The notes under the pieces are model-generated. The model was not told where the DNA came from. It saw nothing but the letters and a program-made list of their open reading frames with translations, and searched no databases. This document shows, in pieces, positions 27,607 through 38,090 of a DNA stretch of 64,000 nucleotides. A program made the position numbers and the translations under genes. Source of the DNA: a bacterium (GTDB lineage Bacteria > Verrucomicrobiota > Kiritimatiellia > RFP12 > UBA1067); NCBI GenBank assembly GCA_025360845.1, contig JANYBJ010000015.1, forward strand, positions 2,360 to 66,359. Direction: 5' to 3'. How positions within the stretch are numbered: the first letter of the stretch is position 1; each line of letters begins with the position of its first letter.

Positions 27607-28992
27607 ATGTCTTTTGAGACACATATTTTCTCAGACTCCCCTATCGCCGCGCTCGCTACGGCTCCTGGGCCGGCGGGCGTGTGCGTGGTCAGAATCGCGG
27701 GCCAAGGAGCTTTGGCGTTAGGCGATCGGCTCGTGCCTACGGCCGCTTGCAAGCCGTCGCAGCGTGCCGGCGGCACTTTCTTTCACGCGCCGGTGACGCA
27801 TCCGCTTACGGGCGAGCGGCTCGACGACGCGGTGATTCTGGTTTACCGTGCCCCGCACAGTTATACGGGCGAGGATACGGTTGAACTCCAGGGCCATGGC
27901 GGCAGTGTTCCGTCGCGCAGATTATTGGAGGCGGCGCTTGCGGCTGGCGCGAGGCTTGCGGAACCGGGCGAGTTCACCAAGCGTGCGTTTTTGAACGGGC
28001 GGTTGGATCTGACCCAGGCCGAGGCGATCTGTGATTTCATTCAGTCGAAAACCGACCGTGCGGCGCATGTCGCACGTGCGCAGCTCGATGGCGTACTGGG
28101 CCGGGAGGTCGGCGATCTGTACGAGCGCGTCACGGCGCTTTGCGCGGAGGTCGAGCATCTGTTGGATTTCGACGAGGGCGAATTGCCCGACACCTTCCTT
28201 GCACAGTGCGGGGGGCGTTTGTCGGTGTTGGGCGGTGACTTGGAGAGGTTGGCCGCCACATGGAATGAGGGACACTTGTTGCGTGATGGCGCGTTGGTGG
28301 TGATCAGCGGGCGTCCGAATGTCGGGAAATCGTCCTTGTTGAACGCGCTGCTGGGGCGGGAGCGCGCGATCGTTTATGCGACGCCCGGTACGACGCGCGA
28401 CGTGATCGAAGAAGGCTATGCGCTCAACGGGGTGCCCTTGCGCCTGGTGGACACGGCGGGCCTGCGTGAGACCGGCGATGCGATTGAGCTGGAAGGCATT
28501 GCGCGGGCAAGGGAGCTGATCCGGCAGGCAGATTTGAATATTCATCTGGTGGATCAGTCGGTTCCTAGTGATGCGCGGCTGGCGAGTGAGGTCGGCGCGT
28601 TGTCGGCAAAACGCGTCATCATCGGTCTGACGAAATGCGATCTTCGGGCGGGCGGTGTTCTTTTGCTTCCGACGGTAGTGCCGTGTGTACGGCTTTCAAT
28701 GAAGACCGGTGAGGGGCTGGACGTGCTAAAGGAAGCGATGTGTCGCGCGTTGGGGCTGGACGCGGAATCTCTTGGACAGCCGGTGGTCTCGCTTCGGCAG
28801 GTGTCTGAACTGCGGCAGTCGGTGGTTCACGTCGGGTCGGCTATCGCTGCGCTGGGGGAAGGCTCAGATAAGCTGGTGATTGCGGCGGGGCACTTGCGCG
28901 AGGCCGCAGAGGCGCTGGGCCGGATTGTGGGCCGGGTCTATTCGGACGATCTGCTCGATGCCGTCTTCAGCCGCTTTTGCGTGGGCAAATGA
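27607..28992 (+). CDS. mnmE: tRNA modification GTPase MnmE (TrmE)
   Basis: N-terminal '[20 protein letters not shown]', G1 '[14 protein letters not shown]', G3 'DTAGLRE', G4 'TKCD', C-terminal 'FCVGK' (the C-I-G-K-type end typical of MnmE); ATG at 27607 (TTG 27598 possible). Confidence 0.9.
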   Translation: MSFETHIFSDSPIAALATAPGPAGVCVVRIAGQGALALGDRLVPTAACKPSQRAGGTFFHAPVTHPLTGERLDDAVILVYRAPHSYTGEDTVELQGHGGSVPSRRLLEAALAAGARLAEPGEFTKRAFLNGRLDLTQAEAICDFIQSKTDRAAHVARAQLDGVLGREVGDLYERVTALCAEVEHLLDFDEGELPDTFLAQCGGRLSVLGGDLERLAATWNEGHLLRDGALVVISGRPNVGKSSLLNALLGRERAIVYATPGTTRDVIEEGYALNGVPLRLVDTAGLRETGDAIELEGIARARELIRQADLNIHLVDQSVPSDARLASEVGALSAKRVIIGLTKCDLRAGGVLLLPTVVPCVRLSMKTGEGLDVLKEAMCRALGLDAESLGQPVVSLRQVSELRQSVVHVGSAIAALGEGSDKLVIAAGHLREAAEALGRIVGRVYSDDLLDAVFSRFCVGK

Positions 28993-29105
28993 TATTCCCT
29001 AATTCTTGTGGCGAACGGTTTAAGGAAGGGTTATATTGTATTAACGGTTATTGTTGACCGGTCAAATGGTTGAGACGTGCGTTAAGCACGGATTGGAGAT
29101 GGATT

Positions 29106-29792
29106 ATGTCAGACAAGCAGATCGATATTGGTGTCGAGTTGGGCAAAGGATGGAACCTCTATAAAGCGAATATGGGGTTGCTAGTTGTTGCCGCGCTGAT
29201 TGGCATGGCGGTCTCGGGTTTGACCTGCGGTATTTTAGGCGGACCGATGAGCGCGGGCCTGTTCCTGTTGGTGAGACGGCTTATTCAGAATGATCCGGTT
29301 AAGCCGCAGGCGGGTGACGTGTTCAAAGGTTTTGACTATTTCTTGCAGACGTTCCTGGTCTTTATCCTTTTAGGAGTCGCGTCCCTTGTCCTTTCCATGG
29401 TCTTGAATGTGATCCCTGTCCTTGGTCAATTGGCCAGCATGGTGGTTTCACTTTTCACCGGATCGATCATGATGTGGGCGGTGCTGTTTGTCGTCCACCA
29501 GAAACTGACGGCCATTGACGCGATCAAAAAAATCTTCGAGGGGCTCAAGTCGGGGTCGTTGATGATGCCTTTGGTGTTCAGCGTGATCGCCTGTTTTCTG
29601 AGCGGACTCGGCGTCATCGCCTGTGTTGTCGGCGTGATTTTCACAGCCCCCTTCTCTTACTGCTGTCTCGCCAACGTGTATGAAACACTGTACGGCGATG
29701 GAGGAGCGGGTGATGGAGCGGGTAATGGGATACCCGAAGCAAAAGCAGTCGAGCCCGAGGTGATTCCTCCGGCGTCTGACCTGCGTCTGTAA
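29106..29792 (+). CDS. Integral membrane protein of unknown function (Gly/Asp-rich C-terminal tail)
   Basis: ATG at 29106; 4-5 predicted TM helices; no recognisable catalytic motif; followed by a strong terminator. Confidence 0.6.
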   Translation: MSDKQIDIGVELGKGWNLYKANMGLLVVAALIGMAVSGLTCGILGGPMSAGLFLLVRRLIQNDPVKPQAGDVFKGFDYFLQTFLVFILLGVASLVLSMVLNVIPVLGQLASMVVSLFTGSIMMWAVLFVVHQKLTAIDAIKKIFEGLKSGSLMMPLVFSVIACFLSGLGVIACVVGVIFTAPFSYCCLANVYETLYGDGGAGDGAGNGIPEAKAVEPEVIPPASDLRL

Positions 29793-29812
29793 GTTTGAAT
29801 GTCGTGTTAATC

Positions 29813-29851
29813 GGCGGGTGTCCCTCCCATGTGGGGGCACCCGCTTTTTTT
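29813..29851 (+). terminator. Rho-independent terminator
   Basis: 'ggcgggtgtccctcccatgtgggggcacccgc' stem-loop followed by 'ttttttt'. Confidence 0.7.
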
Positions 29852-30174
29852 CGCATTTATTCAGAAAAGCTCACTCGTTTACGCGAGAATAGCCGGAAAC
29901 AGACCCTGTTCATAACACGTCGATAAGTGTTAATGAAAATTTCTTGCCAAGCGCCTTAACACTCCGCTCACGAAATGCTAAGTTATTGATGTTGAATGAG
30001 TTAAGATCTTTTAGGCAACCCAATTAAACGATGCTTAAGTATCGATTATTGAAAAAAGCACCTGTCGATAGATTTAAAAGCGCAAGGCGTTGTCTAGGGT
30101 GGCGTAACGAATCGTATAGGATAGGGTGAATATTTGAACTTTCCGCATTCCGGTCTTTATGATCCAAAGACGGG

Positions 30175-30183
30175 TGTTATAAT
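30175..30183 (+). promoter_or_regulatory. Extended -10 element 'TGTTATAAT' 9 nt upstream of the mnmG ATG (possible leaderless/short-leader transcript)
   Basis: 'gggTGTTATAATttgactttATG'; no Shine-Dalgarno between the -10 box and the only possible start (in-frame TAA at 30180). Confidence 0.3.
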
Positions 30184-30191
30184 TTGACTTT

Positions 30192-32147
30192 ATGAATAGA
30201 ACCCTAACCCCCTATTTAGAGCGTAGAGAACCCTGGGATGTGGTCGTGGTTGGTGGTGGTCATGCGGGCGCTGAAGCCGCACTGGCGGCCGCGCGTATGG
30301 GATGCGAGGTCCTGCTGGTCACCGGCTTGGCCGACGCCTTGGCCAGGATGCCCTGTAACCCTTCCATCGGCGGTCTTGCCAAATCGCATTTGGTGTACGA
30401 GTTGGATGCGTTAGGTGGTGAAATGGGGTATAACACGGATCTCTGCGGAATCCAGTTCAAGACGCTGAACGCCAGTCGAGGGCCAGCCGTGCGGGCCACG
30501 CGTGTCCAATGCGACAAGAAACAATATGCGCAGCGGATGCAACAGGTTGTCAGAATGACGGATCGTTTGACGGTTCTTGAGGATGAGGTCGTCGGTGTTG
30601 TGTGGAGCGGCACTTCAGCGGTTTCCGGTGTGACGACCGCTACACGTGGGCAGATCATCGCGAAAACCGTCGTTCTGACAACCGGAACCGCACTCAGAGG
30701 ACGAATCCATATCGGCAAGGAATCTGTTTCTGGCGGCGGAGATGGACGGCCAGTTGCTGACAGTCTCTCGTTTTCCCTCCAACAGGCCGGTTTCGAGTTG
30801 CTCCGCCTGAAAACAGGAACCCCTCCCCGCCTGTTGGCGTCGAGCATCGATTGGGGAGCGACCGTCATCCAGCCGGGTGAGGAGCCCCCCTCGTTCATTG
30901 CCATGAAAACAAGAATGTTCCACATGGAACATTCGAAGCATCGCAACACCGGTGAGGGAGAGGGAGGCGAAAGGGATGTCTCAGATCAGGGCTGCGGTCC
31001 AAAGCACAAAGAATGTTCCACGTGGAACAGTTTACGTCCGTACGTCCTGAAAAATGGACAAATCCCTTGCTGGCTGACGCATACAACCGCCCAAACCCAC
31101 CAGATCATACGCGAAAATCTATCCAGCAGCGCCTTATACGGGGGGTCGATAACGGGCACTGGCGTACGCTATTGTCCTTCGATCGAGGACAAGGTGGTTA
31201 AGTTCGCCGACGCCGAACGGCACCATGTGTTTCTGGAGCCAGAAGGCGTAGACGGCGGCTGGATCTATCCGAACGGCCTTTCAAACAGTCTGCCGCGCGA
31301 CGTGCAAATCGCCATGGTGCGTAGCGTCCCCGGCTTGGAGCGTTCCGATTTCGTCGCGTATGCCTACGCCATCGAGTATGACAGCATTGACGCCCGGGAG
31401 TTGCGGCACACGTTAGAGAGCAAACGGTTTGCCGGGCTCTACTTTGCCGGGCAGGTGAATGGCACGACCGGGTACGAAGAAGCTGCCGCGCAAGGGTTCA
31501 TGGCGGGGGCTAATGCCGCGTTACGTGTTCTGGGTCGCGAGCCGTTGACGTTGAGTCGGCAGGACGCTTATATCGGGGTCATGATCGACGATTTGGTGAC
31601 AAAAGGGACGAACGAGCCGTACCGGATGTTCACTTCGCGAGCTGAGCGGCGTCTGATTCTTCGGCAAGACAACGCGCGATACAGGTTGTTGTCACAAGCC
31701 GACTCGCTAGGCGTGGCTGATGAAAATTGCAGGGCGCAGACACGTGAGTTCGAGGCTTGTATCCAACACGAGATGGATCGGCTGAAACATATGCGTGCGG
31801 ATGGGATTCCCCTGGTGACTTTGCTGTCTCGCCCGGGAATGACGTATCGTGAACTGGGGCTGGGACGCGATTTGCCGGAAGAAGTGATTGAACAACTTGA
31901 GATCCGAGTGAAGTACGAGGGATATATTGCGCAGGAGGAACGCTCGGCTACGCGGGCTAAGGGTTCTGAGGCTGTGCGGATTCCGGCTTGGCTGGATTAT
32001 TGGAAGATTCCTTCGTTACGCTACGAGAGCAGGGAAAAACTTACAAAGGTCAGGCCGGAAAATCTGGGTCAGGCCGGACGCGTGCCCGGAGTCAATCCTG
32101 CTGACATTGCCGTTTTGTCGCTCATCATCAAGCGGGGACACCTGTAG
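30192..32147 (+). CDS. mnmG: tRNA uridine 5-carboxymethylaminomethyl modification enzyme MnmG (GidA), with an apparent ~40-aa in-frame insertion
   Basis: FAD-binding '[22 protein letters not shown]', '[14 protein letters not shown]', 'GPAVRATR', '[10 protein letters not shown]'; 651 aa versus ~629 typical; extra segment between 'GTPPRL..' and '..IPCWLTHT'. Confidence 0.9.
   Translation: MNRTLTPYLERREPWDVVVVGGGHAGAEAALAAARMGCEVLLVTGLADALARMPCNPSIGGLAKSHLVYELDALGGEMGYNTDLCGIQFKTLNASRGPAVRATRVQCDKKQYAQRMQQVVRMTDRLTVLEDEVVGVVWSGTSAVSGVTTATRGQIIAKTVVLTTGTALRGRIHIGKESVSGGGDGRPVADSLSFSLQQAGFELLRLKTGTPPRLLASSIDWGATVIQPGEEPPSFIAMKTRMFHMEHSKHRNTGEGEGGERDVSDQGCGPKHKECSTWNSLRPYVLKNGQIPCWLTHTTAQTHQIIRENLSSSALYGGSITGTGVRYCPSIEDKVVKFADAERHHVFLEPEGVDGGWIYPNGLSNSLPRDVQIAMVRSVPGLERSDFVAYAYAIEYDSIDARELRHTLESKRFAGLYFAGQVNGTTGYEEAAAQGFMAGANAALRVLGREPLTLSRQDAYIGVMIDDLVTKGTNEPYRMFTSRAERRLILRQDNARYRLLSQADSLGVADENCRAQTREFEACIQHEMDRLKHMRADGIPLVTLLSRPGMTYRELGLGRDLPEEVIEQLEIRVKYEGYIAQEERSATRAKGSEAVRIPAWLDYWKIPSLRYESREKLTKVRPENLGQAGRVPGVNPADIAVLSLIIKRGHL
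30913..31030. repeat. Palindrome-bounded ~118-bp segment inside mnmG (candidate in-frame miniature insertion element)
   Basis: 'GAATGTTCCACATGGAACATTC' (10-bp arms, 30913-30934) and 'GAATGTTCCACGTGGAACAG' (31011-31030) as direct copies 98 bp apart, enclosing the low-complexity '[25 protein letters not shown]' coding stretch. Confidence 0.6.
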
Positions 32148-32204
32148 TGTAGTGGTGCGGTAGCCCTTTATTTAAAATGATGATAGAGGCTCTTGCAAAA
32201 AACC

Positions 32205-32330
32205 CTACGGACGGCGGGGGGCGGGGCGGGGGACGCCGTCCCGCCAGTGCAAATAAACGGCGGTTTTCCGCAGTCCATGGAGGGGCGGCGTCCCCGCCGA
32301 CCGCTCTCGATAGGTTTATTTGCAATGGAA
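32205..32330. repeat. GC-rich structured spacer between convergent mnmG and S8-peptidase genes (REP-like hairpins flanked by 11-bp inverted repeat)
   Basis: 'TGCAAATAAAC'...'GTTTATTTGCA' inverted repeat (about 32248 and 32318) enclosing GC hairpins; upstream 'GGCGGGGGACGCCGTCCCGCC' hairpin; likely bidirectional terminator. Confidence 0.5.
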
Positions 32331-32356
32331 TAGGTATTATGCGACTTGATTGACGG

Positions 32357-35300
32357 TCACGGGATGAGGATGCGGTAGAACCCGTTGGTGGCGGCGGAGG
32401 GGATCACGAGGGTGTTGGTGACCGTGGTCGGGGGGAAGTTGGTGAAAATCGCGTGCCAGGGACCGACGGGTGTACTGGCGCACTCAACCTGTTGCGTGCG
32501 GACAATACCGCCGATCCAAGTCAGACCCCATCTGTTTGAGACGGGCTGGAGTGCGGTGAGCATGAGGAGGGAGAGCCGGTTGGTCGGGTCGGTATCAGCA
32601 AGCCACTCCTTCCATGTCGCCATGCCGTCGTTGTCGGCGTCGGATTCAGCGGCCGCATCGAAGGCCTGTGTCCAGCCGTAGGATGCGAGCCAGTATTCAG
32701 GTACACCGTGTGTCGGCGTCAGATTCGGTGCGAAGGTGGCTGTGACGGTACGGGGTTCCATCATCGGGAGTATCAGGCGCACGTCATCGAAGCCCGCTCC
32801 GGCGGTGTCACCCAGCCATTTCAACAAGTGGTAATATGTTGATGGATAAGCAGTTAAAACAGCAGTATCCCCTTGCTGATACCAGTTGTTCGTGGGGGCG
32901 ACGGTCCCGTTCGGTCCGGCGATGGCGGTCAGTTTAAAGCTGAGGTGCCAATTCCAGGTGAGGGCCGCGTTATTGGTCAGAACAAACGAGACGTTGGCGG
33001 CTGTGCCGGTGGAAGGCGTATGACCTGTGAGGGTCCACCCCCCGCAGTCGCGCCGGATACTGTCGGCGAGTTGCAGCGGCGCGACAACCGAGGCATTGAT
33101 CCGTGTGCCGTAGGGGAGGGTATACATGCCGGCACCGGGCGTCGCGGTGCTGTACGGCGTAGAGATCGAGAGGGTCCAGGTGCGGTAGCCGAACCAGGCT
33201 ATCACATGCTGATCTTCGGTGAGATTGGCAAAAGACAGGGTCTTGGAGACGGTTGTGAAGTCGTAAACGCCTTGTTGCGGGACGCCATTGATGGTGATGC
33301 CGTAGAGGTACGCGCCGGTGTCTGCCTGAAGGTTGACTGTGGCGCTGGCATTGCGGAAGAGGAACGAGCGGTCGGTGACCGCCGTGCCGTGCCCCGTCGC
33401 CTCGACAGAGACGAAATGTCCGCGCCTTACGGTCAGCGGAACGAGCGGTGTGGAGGTGGGATCGTTGCCGGTGACGCGCAGGCAGGCGGCTTTCTCTTCG
33501 TCGTATGCGAGGGCTGAAGGGTCGAGACGGAACGCAGCGGGAGCGGACCAGGTTTCGGGCAATATACCGCTCCATGCGCCTTGAGGAACGAGCCAGGGAG
33601 GAAGCGGTTCATCGCAGGAGAAAGGGGTGACGTTGGCAATGTACCAGCCTTCGTCAACGGTTGCGAGATCGGAGCCGAATTCGAATCGGATGATCACGTC
33701 TTGGCCTGCGAAGGCGGCCAGATCCAGCAGGACCGTCTGCCAGCCCGCGCCGGTCCCAGCAAGGCAGGGCTGATTGGCGGGGAAGGGCGACTGCTGGTTG
33801 GGTGTGATCTGGTAGGGGTAGCCGCCGACCGGCTCGATCAGCGAGAAGGTTTTGCCCCCGTCGTTCGATACGCGCAGCACCGCCCCGTCCCAGAAATGGG
33901 GGGCGGTGTCTGGCTCGGTCTTGATCCACTGGCGGAAGAGCAGGCCGCCGCCGCTGCCGACCCGGAAGGAGGGCGCGTCAAGCCGGGCGAGGCAGCCGTT
34001 GGGGTAGAGCCGGGTGACCGGGTCGCCGCAGTACCAGACGGCGTCGCCGTTCCAGGTCCGGTTGGTGTCGACGTGCCAGAGGTCGTTATCGCCGTGGTGG
34101 GCCCAGGCGCTGTTGGTCGCGGCGAAAGGCGCGGTGGCGGCCGCCACGGTGGCGGTCCAGACCAGATCGGGGCCGGCGAGGTTCGCGACGGTCAGGGAGG
34201 CGTTGGTTGGGGACGTGCTGAGTTCGAACGTGGAAAAACTTTGAGGGGTGACGCTCAGCCAAGGGATGTCGTAATCGCCGGCGACGCTGTAGACCGGTGT
34301 GACGGTGCAGAATTGCGGCTCGTAATAGCCCAACAGATCACAGGCGGAAAGGTAGTAATCGACCCGTTTCGACCCGTGTGACGGAGGGGACAAGACGCCT
34401 TCGTAGGTGTCGCCGTTGACCCAGGTCATGGCGTTGGTTTGCCACGCGGAATCATTGCGCTCGCGCCAGATCAACAAGGCCTGTTTGACAATCAGGTTAT
34501 CGGAGATGAGCGCCTGAACGGTCCAAGGGCAACGCACCGTCTGGAAAGGCGAGAGAGGGGTGAGGTTGATCACGGGCGGAGTGGGTTTGCTGGCCGGATC
34601 ACGCGGGTCCGTGTTGTCAAGGAACTCGCGGAGGTTGGTCCAGCCGTCTCCATCGGAGTCGTCGTTGGCCGAGACGGTGGCATTGGTGGTGCCCCAGTAA
34701 CGCAACTCCCACCAGTCGCTCAACAGATTGCCGTTGGAATCGCGCCAGAAGGGGAGGTAGTCGCCGCGGGCCAGGCGAGGCCGGGCCATGAGGATGCCCG
34801 TGGCAGGGTTAGGCGAGGTGGAGCTGGCGTCTGGCCAGCGCACACCATCCACGTACCAGCCGCAGAAGGCGTAGAGGTTGGTGCCGACGAGCCCGATGTC
34901 AGCGGCGGTTTCGGTGGAGGCATAGGTATCGGCCGTATGCCAGGCGACCGTTTCGCCTAATACCGAGCCCGTGTCGGCCAGGCGGGTGCGGTTCGTGAGG
35001 GCGATTTCCGACAGCCACTGCCACGTGAGGGAGCTGGGCTGGTTGAGCAGGTAAGTGAGGGCGTTCGTAGTGCCTGAGGCGGGCACATCGCCGGTGCCGG
35101 TCCAGCCCGCGCAGGTGCGGCGCACGCCGTTGGAAAGCGCGACTGTCAAGGGAGCGCTGGCATCGTATGGTACGCCGGAGATGACGGTGTTGGTGCCGTA
35201 AGGGGGTGTGACGGTACCGAACTTCGAGGGCGAGCCGTTCACGGTCAGCGCGAGCGGTGTGCCGATATAGAAAGAAAAGGTGGAGGCAGGCGCGGTTTTC

Positions 35301-37954
35301 GGCAGGCGGGCGTCGTGGCCGCCGGTCAACGCCTGGAGATAGTAATGGACATAGGTGCCGGGCGCCTGGGCGGGGATGGCGGCCTGATAACCCGCGCCTC
35401 CGGTCCAGGCGGCGGTGATGGTTTGCCAGCCGCCGGTGGCGGCGGATGCGGTTCCGGTGGTCCAGAAGAGACGGGATTGACCGTTGGTCAGGGCGGACAG
35501 GCTTTGGACGAGAAACGCGGCGTTGTAAGAGGGCGTGCCGACGGTCTGGGCGGGTAACGGCGTGTGGACGAGGATCGGGGGCTCGTCGATGCCCCCGCGC
35601 ACATAGAGGGCTGCGGTGCCACCGGTATAGGGGACGGCATAGCCGATCACGCGCACCTGATAAACGCCGACTTGGGCGGCTGCCACGCGAAGGGTTTCAA
35701 CCGTATTGAGGATATCGCGGGCGCTGCCGCCGTTCGGGTAAAGTGTAGAGCCGTCAGGGGCTGTGACCAGCAGATCGAGATCGTTCACGCGCGTCACGCC
35801 CGCTCCGGCGGTGGCGGGGTAATCGATCCAGGCGAGGGCGACGTCGAGGGGGGTGTTACTGACGATGACGGTAACGGGGAAGGTGTTGGTGGTGCCGGCG
35901 GAAGCGTTGATTCGGTCGTAGAGGCGCACCATGCGGCCAGACGGGTGAACGGTGGCTTCGATGTCCGGCTGGCCCCAGCCCTCCACGTTATTGGGAGAAA
36001 CGGCGGGAATTTCACGGGTGCTCCCTGTGCCGTACTGGCCGGGGGTGAGGGAGCGCGCGCCACCGATCAGCATGGCCTTAACAAGTGCGGCGGAAGGATT
36101 GGTGACGCCTCCGCGTTCAATGGCGTACTGACGGACGAGGGCGGCGGTACCTGCGACAAGAGGAGTGGACATGCTGGTGCCGCCGTTGAAGCTGTAGCGG
36201 GTGTTTGAGGCCAAGACTCCCCATCCGCTACCGCCGAGCGATGATTTGCACGAGATCACGTCGGTGCCGGGAGCGACGAGGTCGGGCTTGATGCGGTTGT
36301 CTTGCGTCGGGCCTCGGCTGGAGTAGGCGGCCATGCCTTGACGATAAGGGCTGAGGGTTGCGCTGTACGAAATGTAATCGGTGCGGATCGGCGCGACGGG
36401 GTACCAGGAGGGCCACTTGGTGCCCCAGAAGGAGGAGGAATAGCCGCCGCTGCCGGCAGGCCGGTCGTTCTCGGCCGCGCCGACAGCCAGCACGTTTTTG
36501 GCGACGGCGGGCGACCCGACGGACCCAAGGTCAACGATGCCGTTCGCATCGGCATCTCTTCCCGCGTTGCCGGAGGCGAAAAAAGCGAGGTGGTCGGGGT
36601 TGTCCCAGGCGAAGAGGTCGGCGGAACGGCAGTCGCTGTCGTAAGCGCCTGCGGTGTCGGAGCCCCAACTGTCCGAGTGGATGCAGGCGCCATACCCGTA
36701 GCTCTCCTGAAAAAGCGAGTAGATGTCCGTGATGCCGGTAAAGTAGCCGCCGGAGTCGACGACGGACTGATGGACGAGCTGCGCCTCGTAAGCCATGCCG
36801 CGGTAGAGGGAGGCGCTGGCTGCGCCGTTGCCGACGAGCGAGCCGGCGGTGTGGGTCCCGTGGCCGAAGGGGTCCGAGGCGTCGCCGGGACGGGCGCGGG
36901 CGATCAGCGCGAGGATATGGCCTTGAAAATCGGGATGCATCGTGGACAGGTTGCCGGTATCGAGACCGGTATCGGCGTGGCCCACGATCTGTCCTTTGCC
37001 CGTCAATTTCCAGGTCTGCCAAACGTTCGTGGTGTTCAGGTGCGTGCCGATGGCCGCCAGGTTGTTGCGCGTCGATAGTTGGACGCGCTCTTCGACCCAC
37101 TGGACTTCGCCGCGGGCGGTCAGCGGACGGACCGCGCCGAGAGGAAGGATGGCGTGAACGATGCCCCAGCGCGTGCCTGCCGAAATGTCCTCGACCTCAC
37201 CGCCGGCGCTGCGGACGGCGGCGGCGACAGACTCGGCATCCTCAGGTGCGAGCGTCTGGATGGTTGCGCGGATCAGCGACTCGGGCGCTTGGGAGGCGAT
37301 GAGCGAGGCGAGAAACGGCTGGAGCTTGTCCGACGGCAGAAACTCCTCGGCGGCTTGTACGGCGGCGGCATTTTGCAGTTTGGCCAACGCGCCAGGCGTC
37401 AGCTCGGCCAGCAGGGCATTGTTCGGGAAATAGCCGCGCACCGTCGCTCCGAGGGACTTGAGCAGCTCGCGCGAAGCGTCATTGACCGGCGTGTTGAACT
37501 GCACGATGAAAGGCGTGGTGTCGCGCGGCGAGGGGGCCTGTTTTCCCGAGACGGCGTTCGGGAGCGTCCGCATCTCGGGGCTGATGAGCAGGCGGTTTGA
37601 GATAAGGGTCTGGCGTCCGGAAGGCAGATCGGTACGTTCGGTGAAACGCGGCGGAGTGAAGGCCCGGCGGAGCGGGGCCAGCGTCTCTTCGGTGAGTAAG
37701 ACAGCCGCTGGCGTGCTTTTCTTTTGTGTGGCGGCCGCGGCTGCGGCTGGTGCCGCGGAGGGCACGCCTCCGAGGGAAGGTAAACGCGGTAAAGTCGGCT
37801 TCGGCTGGGTCTGCACGCTGGCCAGAAGACGCGCGTCGGCCTCGCCCCGTGCGGCGTCTGTGCGACGTTTATTATAAGAATGATTGACCATCCAGACCCC
37901 GAAGACGAGAAGGGTGAGGCACACACAGGCAAGCAGCTGGATTTTTGTTTTCAT
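32357..37954 (-). CDS. Giant (1865 aa) secreted/membrane-anchored subtilisin-like serine peptidase (S8 family) with long C-terminal beta-rich extension
   Basis: Catalytic triad motifs 'HADTGLDTG' (Asp), 'GHGTHTAGSLVG' (His), 'GTSMSTPLVAGTAALV' (Ser); N-terminal signal/anchor 'LLACVCLTLLVFGVWMV'; ATG at 37954 (ORF to 37999). Confidence 0.8.
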   Translation of the reverse strand: MKTKIQLLACVCLTLLVFGVWMVNHSYNKRRTDAARGEADARLLASVQTQPKPTLPRLPSLGGVPSAAPAAAAAATQKKSTPAAVLLTEETLAPLRRAFTPPRFTERTDLPSGRQTLISNRLLISPEMRTLPNAVSGKQAPSPRDTTPFIVQFNTPVNDASRELLKSLGATVRGYFPNNALLAELTPGALAKLQNAAAVQAAEEFLPSDKLQPFLASLIASQAPESLIRATIQTLAPEDAESVAAAVRSAGGEVEDISAGTRWGIVHAILPLGAVRPLTARGEVQWVEERVQLSTRNNLAAIGTHLNTTNVWQTWKLTGKGQIVGHADTGLDTGNLSTMHPDFQGHILALIARARPGDASDPFGHGTHTAGSLVGNGAASASLYRGMAYEAQLVHQSVVDSGGYFTGITDIYSLFQESYGYGACIHSDSWGSDTAGAYDSDCRSADLFAWDNPDHLAFFASGNAGRDADANGIVDLGSVGSPAVAKNVLAVGAAENDRPAGSGGYSSSFWGTKWPSWYPVAPIRTDYISYSATLSPYRQGMAAYSSRGPTQDNRIKPDLVAPGTDVISCKSSLGGSGWGVLASNTRYSFNGGTSMSTPLVAGTAALVRQYAIERGGVTNPSAALVKAMLIGGARSLTPGQYGTGSTREIPAVSPNNVEGWGQPDIEATVHPSGRMVRLYDRINASAGTTNTFPVTVIVSNTPLDVALAWIDYPATAGAGVTRVNDLDLLVTAPDGSTLYPNGGSARDILNTVETLRVAAAQVGVYQVRVIGYAVPYTGGTAALYVRGGIDEPPILVHTPLPAQTVGTPSYNAAFLVQSLSALTNGQSRLFWTTGTASAATGGWQTITAAWTGGAGYQAAIPAQAPGTYVHYYLQALTGGHDARLPKTAPASTFSFYIGTPLALTVNGSPSKFGTVTPPYGTNTVISGVPYDASAPLTVALSNGVRRTCAGWTGTGDVPASGTTNALTYLLNQPSSLTWQWLSEIALTNRTRLADTGSVLGETVAWHTADTYASTETAADIGLVGTNLYAFCGWYVDGVRWPDASSTSPNPATGILMARPRLARGDYLPFWRDSNGNLLSDWWELRYWGTTNATVSANDDSDGDGWTNLREFLDNTDPRDPASKPTPPVINLTPLSPFQTVRCPWTVQALISDNLIVKQALLIWRERNDSAWQTNAMTWVNGDTYEGVLSPPSHGSKRVDYYLSACDLLGYYEPQFCTVTPVYSVAGDYDIPWLSVTPQSFSTFELSTSPTNASLTVANLAGPDLVWTATVAAATAPFAATNSAWAHHGDNDLWHVDTNRTWNGDAVWYCGDPVTRLYPNGCLARLDAPSFRVGSGGGLLFRQWIKTEPDTAPHFWDGAVLRVSNDGGKTFSLIEPVGGYPYQITPNQQSPFPANQPCLAGTGAGWQTVLLDLAAFAGQDVIIRFEFGSDLATVDEGWYIANVTPFSCDEPLPPWLVPQGAWSGILPETWSAPAAFRLDPSALAYDEEKAACLRVTGNDPTSTPLVPLTVRRGHFVSVEATGHGTAVTDRSFLFRNASATVNLQADTGAYLYGITINGVPQQGVYDFTTVSKTLSFANLTEDQHVIAWFGYRTWTLSISTPYSTATPGAGMYTLPYGTRINASVVAPLQLADSIRRDCGGWTLTGHTPSTGTAANVSFVLTNNAALTWNWHLSFKLTAIAGPNGTVAPTNNWYQQGDTAVLTAYPSTYYHLLKWLGDTAGAGFDDVRLILPMMEPRTVTATFAPNLTPTHGVPEYWLASYGWTQAFDAAAESDADNDGMATWKEWLADTDPTNRLSLLMLTALQPVSNRWGLTWIGGIVRTQQVECASTPVGPWHAIFTNFPPTTVTNTLVIPSAATNGFYRILIP

Positions 37955-38090
37955 CGTGCGGCGAGAGCTTTTAAAGGGGTGAGGGCAGCAAAGGCACATT
38001 TCAAAGGCGAAAGAAAACGGTACTGGATTTCCCGGAGGCAGGCAAGGCGTATTCGCGCCGGTGTCGGGTGCGTTGAACGTTCACCCTCCT

